Below, in pieces: positions 1-6,382 of a DNA stretch of 10,717 nucleotides. This stretch comes from Candidatus Hermodarchaeota archaeon (GTDB lineage: Archaea; Asgardarchaeota; Hermodarchaeia; Hermodarchaeales; Hermodarchaeaceae). A model generated the notes under the pieces. The model saw only the letters and a program-made list of their open reading frames with translations, did no database searches and was not told where the DNA came from. The stretch is from positions 1 to 10,717 of the forward strand of contig JAEOUH010000051.1 in assembly GCA_016839365.1 (NCBI GenBank), in the 5' to 3' direction. The position numbers were made by a program, and so were the translations under genes. Each line of letters opens with the position of its first letter. Position 1 is the stretch's first letter.

Positions 1-472
1 CTAATAAACGAAGGGTGTGGCCTGTCGGTGCAGTATCGAAGACAACCAAATCGTAGTCACACTCATGGATAAATTCCAGCACCTTGGAGAACGCAAGGGC
101 TTCATCAGATCCAGGAGCAGACATGTCCGTCAAATCTTCAAGGCCCATCATGTCTCCCATTGTCCCCATATCACTAGTATCCACTTGTTGAGCTGTTTGT
201 TTGTATTGTTCATACGCTTTTTGCGGGTTAATTTCCATTCCAAAAAGATTCTTCACACCCTTAATAGGAACGACATCTCCCCCGCTGATATCTTGAGCAA
301 AGCAGTCTCCGAGGCTGTGAGCTGGGTCTGTACTAATAACGATTGTCTCACGACCATGCTCTGCAGCCCATAGTGCTGAAGCCGCTGCACTGCTGGTTTT
401 TCCTACTCCGCCCTTACCACCAAAGAGAAGAAATCGAATAGTCGCCTTATCAAGCAATTCGATAATGGTCAT
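1..472 (-). CDS. get3: Get3/TRC40/ArsA-family SIMIBI ATPase, N-terminal 157 aa, truncated by the window edge (not in ORF track)
   Basis: Hand translation from ATG at 472: MTIIELLDKATIRFLLFGGKGGVGKTSSAAASALWAAEHGRETIVISTDPAHSLGDCF...GMEINP...DMGTMGDMMGLEDLTDMSAPGSDEALAFSKVLEFIHECDYDLVVFDTAPTGHTLRLL. It has the deviant Walker A GKGGVGKT, switch I STDPAHSL, PGxDEA and switch II DTAPTGH. GGAG SD-like motif at 483-486. No stop before the edge. The family is secure; the get3 versus arsA name is less so. Confidence 0.95.
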   Translation of the reverse strand, partial: MTIIELLDKATIRFLLFGGKGGVGKTSSAAASALWAAEHGRETIVISTDPAHSLGDCFAQDISGGDVVPIKGVKNLFGMEINPQKAYEQYKQTAQQVDTSDMGTMGDMMGLEDLTDMSAPGSDEALAFSKVLEFIHECDYDLVVFDTAPTGHTLRLL

Positions 473-537
473 AACTAAGTATCTCCAAAGGTTAGATTCG
501 AATAGCTTCTTTTACTTATAGACTTATCCCGTCCCTA

Positions 538-894
538 TCAGGGTGGTAGCGGACTGATAAGTTGGCTGACCGCCAGCATGGCATAGAATAAGATCACGAA
601 GATGGCAATCAGCGACACAGCCGCAACTAAATAAATTGAATAGCGCATCCGTATGAGTCCTCCTATCAGACCCACAAACATGATGATGAGTAGGGCCACG
701 AAGGTGATCACCGCTTCCCAGGTTGGGAGTAGGGATTGAATCGGATCAATAACAACAAAGGGGTATAGTCCATAGCCGTAAGCAATTATCAAATACCCTA
801 AGGCGCCGCCAAATATGAGGAACAGTATAGTGGCGATTTGATCCAAAGGCTCTCTTGGTTCCTCTTCTGATTTGGTATCGTTCTCGGTATCCAT
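538..894 (-). CDS. Small hypothetical membrane protein, acidic N-terminus plus about 3 TM helices
   Basis: 118 aa; hydrophobic stretches at about aa 21-47, 62-81 and 87-110. ATG lies 6 nt after the upstream stop, with GGAG supplied by the last codons of the upstream gene. Tandem stops TGA TAG. Confidence 0.85.
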   Translation of the reverse strand: MDTENDTKSEEEPREPLDQIATILFLIFGGALGYLIIAYGYGLYPFVVIDPIQSLLPTWEAVITFVALLIIMFVGLIGGLIRMRYSIYLVAAVSLIAIFVILFYAMLAVSQLISPLPP

Positions 895-900
895 TTTTAG

Positions 901-1614
901 CTATTCTCCAGTCGGTTTGTATATGACAAGGCAGATGGGCACATTTGCGGCGACCCAGCTTTGATATTTGCCCTCATATTTCAAACCATAATCACGCTGA
1001 CCCTGATTACCGAGGATAAGAAAAAGTGTATTGGCTCGGGCCTGTTTGTAAAATCCGAGTAGCCATCGGTCTGTTCGGTGCAATAGTTTTTGGGCTAATT
1101 CTACTGGTGGACGGTTGGTGTGTTCTCTATAGAGGGTGTCAAAGTCAAGGAAATGGATGTAAAGGAAATCTGAACGGTTCAGTCGCTTCGCTGTTTCAAT
1201 GTAAGTCCTCATGTCAGTATCGGCTGAATGGAATATCGCCTGACCTGCATTCTCTCGCTGATCTTCGCGGTCTACACAAACTGCGGACTTTCCTTGGTGA
1301 ATGAGAAATGAGAATAGGTTGAAACCATCGGGACGATTTCCATGGATGAGCTCTCTGATGACATTGGTGGCATACCCATTTTCTGTATCAAGTGTCAAGA
1401 GCAGGTTAGCTTCTTTGAGTAAAAACTGAGGCTTGTGAAGGACAACTTCCAGTAACCCGAAGTTGTCCAAGTTGACTAAGACAACTCGTTCTGTGGGCGT
1501 AAAGGTTGATAAATTGAAACCTGGGGTTAAAACCGAAGGAGCTACTAAGCCGAGTTGGTGAAGAATGGTGGCGGGCATTTGAACCATTTGTCCTTCCATA
1601 TTTTCAAATGACAC
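901..1614 (-). CDS. Alkaline phosphatase superfamily (NPP/phosphodiesterase-like) core-fold protein with degenerate active site
   Basis: AlkP-core motifs in order: MPATILHQLG, RVVLVNLDNFG (cf. VVLIxxDGxG), DFLYIHFLDFD (cf. DFxFVHxxxxDxxGH), TDRWL, TLFLILGNQG (cf. TLxIVTxDHG), NVPICLV. GTG start with GGTGG SD-like motif upstream. Confidence 0.72.
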   Translation of the reverse strand: MSFENMEGQMVQMPATILHQLGLVAPSVLTPGFNLSTFTPTERVVLVNLDNFGLLEVVLHKPQFLLKEANLLLTLDTENGYATNVIRELIHGNRPDGFNLFSFLIHQGKSAVCVDREDQRENAGQAIFHSADTDMRTYIETAKRLNRSDFLYIHFLDFDTLYREHTNRPPVELAQKLLHRTDRWLLGFYKQARANTLFLILGNQGQRDYGLKYEGKYQSWVAANVPICLVIYKPTGE

Positions 1615-1634
1615 GGCTTTCCACCAGATTTCAG

Positions 1635-1673
1635 CTTAGAGCTAATCTAAGACCTTTTGTTGATTACCTAAAA
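1635..1673 (-). promoter_or_regulatory. Candidate promoter of the AlkP-like gene with a palindromic operator-like site
   Basis: TATA-like TTTTAGG at 1667-1673 (minus strand); CTTAGA-N5-TCTAAG at 1635-1651, near the expected start site. Confidence 0.35.
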
Positions 1674-1680
1674 GAGTTTG

Positions 1681-1722
1681 TTGGGATAACCGAGATGTGG
1701 GTTGAATCTGCGGTTATCTCAA
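1681..1722. repeat. Inverted repeat / hairpin at the 3' end of the CaCA exchanger gene
   Basis: TTGGGATAACCG-AGAT (1681-1696) pairs with ATCT-G-CGGTTATCTCAA (1706-1722): 8 bp perfect core GATAACCG/CGGTTATC, one bulge, one outer mismatch, 9-nt loop. Confidence 0.7.
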
Positions 1723-2900
1723 ATGGGCATCAATACGAGGATGAAGACGAATATTTGCATCAGTAATATCATCGCTCCCTCGTAAATGTCTACTTTCTGA
1801 TCATCTGTGAGTGCTCGTTTCAGGAACCATAACGATCCTGCGGCAGTAGCAAATTGAAGAAGGACAGCTACATCGAGTGGAAGGGGAAGAAATATTGCCA
1901 CTCCACCTACGATTAGGAGTAGTACCTGTGTGGTTCCACCCAATGTATTGCCAATCGCTATGTCGGCTTTGCTTTTGACAGCAGCGATTACAGCAATACC
2001 ATGTTCGGGGAGCGCGCCCACTGCGCCAATAATCAAGGCCATAATGGCAATGCGCTGGGTTTCAACAAAACCAAGTCCGGTCCATGGGACAAACTCGAAG
2101 CTCAATTCCACAACAGATGCTAACAAATAACCTGCAATGAAGATGCCTACGAAACCTACAATGGCTACCATTGCTGACGTTCGTTTTGTATGACGGGCTT
2201 TCGGACGAGCTTTATCCACCCTTTGTGGCTTTTTCACAGCATAGATTGCGTACAATATGTAGGATAAAACCATTAGAAGAGCTAGCACTGGTGGGAGGTA
2301 TACAAGCCCTGGAATCACTCCGTGAATGAGATGATCGATATAGAATAGAATGGCAAAAGCGAAAAGCAGTGCCATAACAACGATGGTCCATCTAATCAAA
2401 TCTGCATCGTCTTCAGCAACTTCACGTGGAACCTTTACAACTCCTGTTTTTCGTGTCGATATGACTACTACAATACCAAGGAGTAGGATGTTAAATCCTG
2501 CCGCCATTACAACGCTTAATACCGCAATTTCGACTAACTCAGGATTTCCTTGAGTGTAACCAGACCAGGCTGTAAGGGCACTAACCACGGCTTCAGGTGT
2601 ATTGGATGCGAGCGATGAGAGCACTCCAATGAAATAAGCGGTTAGACCGGCAATGGCTCCTAATGATTCTAATCCATCAATGGCAAGATGTGAGGCGCGA
2701 AATGTTAGCCAGACAGCAAAGGCCATGGTCCCAATGATAAGAATCAAAACGTTTTGGAACACGAAAAGCGAGAGGAGGAAAAAGATGAAAAGAACGAGTG
2801 CCAAGATTCCTTCCCGACGGGAGATATGAAAGGCTTTGTGAACCGTTGGTTCACTCGATAAAATATGGGAATCCCCATCATTATTGTCGGTGTCTGTCAA
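1719..2900 (-). CDS. CaCA superfamily cation exchanger (Ca2+/H+ or Na+/Ca2+ antiporter-like)
   Basis: About 11-12 hydrophobic segments and two alpha-repeats: GVLSSLASNTPEAVVS...AAGFNILL and GAVGALPEHGIAVIAAVKSKADIAIGNTLGGTTQ. C-terminal YEGAMILL resembles the CAX xxEGxxLL. TTG start is uncertain. Confidence 0.88.
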   Translation of the reverse strand: MTDTDNNDGDSHILSSEPTVHKAFHISRREGILALVLFIFFLLSLFVFQNVLILIIGTMAFAVWLTFRASHLAIDGLESLGAIAGLTAYFIGVLSSLASNTPEAVVSALTAWSGYTQGNPELVEIAVLSVVMAAGFNILLLGIVVVISTRKTGVVKVPREVAEDDADLIRWTIVVMALLFAFAILFYIDHLIHGVIPGLVYLPPVLALLMVLSYILYAIYAVKKPQRVDKARPKARHTKRTSAMVAIVGFVGIFIAGYLLASVVELSFEFVPWTGLGFVETQRIAIMALIIGAVGALPEHGIAVIAAVKSKADIAIGNTLGGTTQVLLLIVGGVAIFLPLPLDVAVLLQFATAAGSLWFLKRALTDDQKVDIYEGAMILLMQIFVFILVLMPI

Positions 2901-2910
2901 CGGAACCAGC

Positions 2911-4434
2911 TCAATGGGAGTATTGTTCTGTATCAGTCATTGTGCGGAGTAACATTCCCTCTACGGTGAAAGGCATTAAGCTTTTGGCAACATCAACAGC
3001 ATCCCTAAGTTTCCCACTAGTTTCCGAATAGATTGTTATAACTGGGTCTCCCTCTTTCACACGGGAGCCTACCTTGGCATGTAAATAGAGACCTGCGCCA
3101 TGAAACTTGGGTGTGCCTGCTGCTCTAGCGAGTCGCACCAAAGCTCGGTTTTGAAGAGTAGCGACGTATCCATCTGAGGGCGCTCGAAGAATAGAAGTGT
3201 GAGTTCCTATAGGAATCTCTGATGGTAGGATACTCGCCTTCCCATTTTGAGCTTCAATGATTTGGCGCATTTTCTCAAGGGCTTTGCCCGAAGCTAGAAT
3301 ATCTTTGGCTAATTTTCGACCAACTCCTCGTGGAGCCAGACCTCCCATTTCAAGAAGAATTCCGGCTAATCCTGTGGATTTTTCGATTAAGCTAGTTGGC
3401 CCTCCACCCATGAGGGTTTCTAAAGCTTCCTTAGCCTCAAGTGCTGGACCAATAGCATGTCCGACAGGTTGACTGCCATAGGTCATAGCGCAATGGACAT
3501 TAATTCCCAGCTCAGTTCCTACGGTAATGAAATCACGACTTAGTTTTCTAGCTTCTTCCATGGTGGTCACTTTGCACCCTTCACCAGTTGGAATGTCCAA
3601 CACCAAGTGCTGGATTCCAGTGGAGAGTTTCTTTGCCATGATCGAAGCAATCATTTGAGGACGAGGATCAATTTGCAGTGGGTGCTCGACTTGAATAAAG
3701 AGATCATCAGCAGGCGCTAGATTTAAGGAACCACCCCACACAATGGCGGCTTTTGTGTTTTTTACAATTCTCTGTAATTCTTCGACACTAAACTCAACAT
3801 CAGCAAGCACCTCCATGGTGTCAGCCGTTCCACTGGGGCTAGTTATTGCCCGGCTACTTGTTTTGGGAATTAAGAGCCCAGCGGCTGCGACAATAGGTAC
3901 GATAATCAATGACACCTTATTTCCTGGAACCCCACCGATGCTGTGTTTGTCAAACACATTTGTCCCAAAGTCGAGTTGTTCACCCTCTTCTGCAATAGCA
4001 CGAGTCAAATGGACCGTTTCCTCCAAAGTCAATCCGCGGATGTGTTCAGAAACTAAAAATGCCGAAATATCGATATCTGACAGACGACCTGCTACAAGGT
4101 CCTCTACGATGGCGTGAATTTCTTCTCCTGATAAAGCCAATCCATCCATCTTTTTTCGAATAGCCTTGATGGAAGTGGGTTTAACATCACTACTAACCTC
4201 TACTAAATCTCCATCCTTAACATGTAATTCTCGTTGAACCTCATTTAAGATTCCGACCTGTCCTGAATCAACGAGCGAAGTAGACTCGGCGATGGCGACT
4301 GTTTCTGACTTTCTGTATTTGAGCAGGACGCGTTCGCCTGCGAACATCGCCAAATGAGTAATATCAACGGGGTTGAGTAAGATTTTGTGGACACTACCTG
4401 TATCCACGTCAACAATTTGTGCTTTCAACTTCAA
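2911..4434 (-). CDS. deoA: AMP phosphorylase (archaeal thymidine phosphorylase-like, nucleoside monophosphate phosphorylase)
   Basis: 507 aa with the ~85 aa N-terminal extension typical of AMP phosphorylases. Motifs DKHSIGGVPGNK, IPKTSSRAITSPSGTADTMEVLA, WGGSLNLAPADD, QPVGHAIGPALEA. GGAG upstream of the TTG start. Confidence 0.95.
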   Translation of the reverse strand: MKLKAQIVDVDTGSVHKILLNPVDITHLAMFAGERVLLKYRKSETVAIAESTSLVDSGQVGILNEVQRELHVKDGDLVEVSSDVKPTSIKAIRKKMDGLALSGEEIHAIVEDLVAGRLSDIDISAFLVSEHIRGLTLEETVHLTRAIAEEGEQLDFGTNVFDKHSIGGVPGNKVSLIIVPIVAAAGLLIPKTSSRAITSPSGTADTMEVLADVEFSVEELQRIVKNTKAAIVWGGSLNLAPADDLFIQVEHPLQIDPRPQMIASIMAKKLSTGIQHLVLDIPTGEGCKVTTMEEARKLSRDFITVGTELGINVHCAMTYGSQPVGHAIGPALEAKEALETLMGGGPTSLIEKSTGLAGILLEMGGLAPRGVGRKLAKDILASGKALEKMRQIIEAQNGKASILPSEIPIGTHTSILRAPSDGYVATLQNRALVRLARAAGTPKFHGAGLYLHAKVGSRVKEGDPVITIYSETSGKLRDAVDVAKSLMPFTVEGMLLRTMTDTEQYSH

Positions 4435-4519
4435 AGGCTATCTTCTCCATCTTGTATTGGCATCACATCAATGAAAATCTTAAGGTAAAGACTCGTTCTA
4501 CTACATTTGAGATCATGTT

Positions 4520-5005
4520 TCAGTGAAGTGCAATGGCCATAAATTGCGCATCTTCACCATTTCGATAATAGGTTCGCAAAATCCGGATCCGCTTAAAACC
4601 GAGCTTATCGTACAATTCAATTGCAGGATGGTTGGTTATTCGAACTTCCAGGATGACTTCTTTTGCGCCATAAACAGTGTCTAAGGCTTTCATAGACTGT
4701 TTTATGAGTTCTGATGCGAGTTTTTGACGTCGATATTCTCGCTGAACGGCAACACTCACAATATGACCTCGACGAACCCAGCGCATTCCGAAAGTGGAGA
4801 CGCCTCCTTCCATTCTGCACATGATATACCCGACAACTTTTCCCTCGGTTTCTGCAACATAAAATGCTTCAGGATATCGCTCCTGAATTTGGCGGAAGAA
4901 ATACTCAGGATAATTCTCAGGGAGAGTATCCAAGTTTATCCGCATGACTGCTGGGATATCCTTTGGTTCTGCCTTCCGTACCGCAAATCCTTGGAGCTCA
5001 GTCAA
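4520..5005 (-). CDS. ard1: Ard1/Naa10-like N-alpha-acetyltransferase (GNAT; often annotated RimI)
   Basis: LPENY, VGYIMCR, GHIVSVAV..YRRQKLA (AcCoA motif), LEVRITNHPAIELYDKLGF, YYRNGEDA. Confidence 0.93.
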   Translation of the reverse strand: MTELQGFAVRKAEPKDIPAVMRINLDTLPENYPEYFFRQIQERYPEAFYVAETEGKVVGYIMCRMEGGVSTFGMRWVRRGHIVSVAVQREYRRQKLASELIKQSMKALDTVYGAKEVILEVRITNHPAIELYDKLGFKRIRILRTYYRNGEDAQFMAIALH

Positions 5006-5034
5006 TGAAATCAGCTATTACAGTCCTTACTAAT

Positions 5035-5077
5035 GGTGATTAAAAATTCACCGCCTAACCATTTGGAAAGCTTTTTG
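5035..5077. promoter_or_regulatory. Divergent promoter region between ard1 and the site-2 protease
   Basis: Minus-strand TTTTTAA (5040-5046) lies inside GGTGA-N8-TCACC (5035-5052); plus-strand GAAAG-CTTTTTG (5066-5077) is BRE/TATA-like, about 45-55 nt before the protease start. Confidence 0.45.
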
Positions 5078-5121
5078 TGTACTGGTTCTCTGGCGTGCTT
5101 AGATTTTTGCGGTGACTGTCT

Positions 5122-6348
5122 TTGTCTGATGAAGAAAAACCTACACCTGAAGAATCGAGAACCGAAACCGTTTTCTCGGACTCCCAGGGACAGCCATCCA
5201 TTGCTGATTCTTATCTTTTGAGACTTCGAGATATTGTCAAGGAAGAGTTCGTTGTTAATTACGCATACATTGATGCTAGTGACAATTTACCAATTTTTGT
5301 TGTTGAAGTTGATTCAAAAATGAAAGAAAGGTCTCATCGCCTTACTAAACGACTTCAACCTCACAATCTACTAGCCGTAATCCGCACAGTCGAGCTCTTC
5401 GAAGGCACTGGTGAAAAAAGCACCGTAATTAAACTCATTCCAGCACCACCATCTCGAAAAGCAAGCAGTTATACAATGAACATCATCTTGTTTGTTGCCA
5501 CCGTAATTACTGTTCTTTTCGCTGGTTGGTTTTTTGCTACAAATCCGGCGTTCGTGTACATCTATGTCAACATTTTCGGAATCCCTTATAATCCGTATCT
5601 TGTCATGGTTGCGTATACCATTGCCCTTCTCGCAATCATAGGGCTACATGAGTTTGGGCACGTTGGTGCAAGCCGTTACCACAATGTGGAAGCATCGCTA
5701 CCGTACTTCATCCCCGGATTCTACTACGGAACCTTTGGAGCCCTGATTGTTCAACGCTCACCACCGCCCACCCGTGATAGCCTGTTCGATCTCGGAATCA
5801 GCGGTCCGGTCGTTGGATTTGTCATTTCAGTAGTTGTCGTGGTGGTCGGGCTACTTATGAGTCCTATACTCAGTCCAGCAGAATTTGCCCAGCTGTCTGC
5901 TTTTTTGAGCTCAATCGGACTTACTTCCAGCCCTCTTCCTACTCCTCTCTTATTCGATTTGATTTGGGGAGTAATCACCTTTGGAATTCCTTCAGGTTAT
6001 ACCGCCTATATTCATCCCGTTGCTTTTGCCGGATGGGTTGGTTTCCTAATAACCGCCCTGAATTACTTTCCCATCGGTCAACTTGACGGAGGACATGTTT
6101 CTCGGGCCTTAGTCGGTCCAAGATATCACCGACTGGTCTCCTTCGTCGGCATCTTCCTTCTCTTCATCTTCGGCTATTGGTTCATGGCAATGATTGCCTT
6201 CTTTCTCTTCGCAGGGCAACATCCTGGACCCGTAGATGATGTCTCACCAGTAAGTAAATGGCGAATGATTCTTGGTCCCTTGTCCTATGTAATGGTGGTC
6301 TTGCTCCTCCCACCACTAACTATAGGATTCCTTCTCCCCTTCCCGTAA
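5122..6348 (+). CDS. Site-2 protease (peptidase M50), EGY1-like membrane zinc metalloprotease
   Basis: HEFGH zinc motif, LPYFIP..GTFGA, LFDLGISGPVVG, HPVAFAGWVG, LNYFPIGQLDGGH (NxxPxxxLDG); multiple TMs; GGTGA SD before the TTG start. Confidence 0.95.
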   Translation: MSDEEKPTPEESRTETVFSDSQGQPSIADSYLLRLRDIVKEEFVVNYAYIDASDNLPIFVVEVDSKMKERSHRLTKRLQPHNLLAVIRTVELFEGTGEKSTVIKLIPAPPSRKASSYTMNIILFVATVITVLFAGWFFATNPAFVYIYVNIFGIPYNPYLVMVAYTIALLAIIGLHEFGHVGASRYHNVEASLPYFIPGFYYGTFGALIVQRSPPPTRDSLFDLGISGPVVGFVISVVVVVVGLLMSPILSPAEFAQLSAFLSSIGLTSSPLPTPLLFDLIWGVITFGIPSGYTAYIHPVAFAGWVGFLITALNYFPIGQLDGGHVSRALVGPRYHRLVSFVGIFLLFIFGYWFMAMIAFFLFAGQHPGPVDDVSPVSKWRMILGPLSYVMVVLLLPPLTIGFLLPFP

Positions 6349-6382
6349 CTTCCACCCATTCGTGATAGGCAAATTTGTGCCA

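Noticed and set aside
17-373. 118 aa plus-strand ORF in the track
   Set aside because: Antisense shadow of the Get3-like gene, which has clear motifs on the minus strand.
1-894. Arsenic resistance operon
   Set aside because: No arsR/arsD/arsB/acr3/arsC in view, and the ATPase has PGSDEA rather than the ArsA Cys motif; downstream genes are not visible.
901-1614. BREX PglZ or other defence system
   Set aside because: Too short, metal ligands lost, and no brx or other defence genes adjacent.
1668-1721. Selenocysteine recoding (SECIS) at the exchanger UGA
   Set aside because: The protein already ends where CaCA proteins normally end, there is no redox motif context, the stem has no recognisable SECIS core, and archaeal SECIS elements are not typically at the UGA.
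6349-6382. Bidirectional terminator between the protease and larA
   Set aside because: The 34-nt gap has no convincing U-tract or stem.
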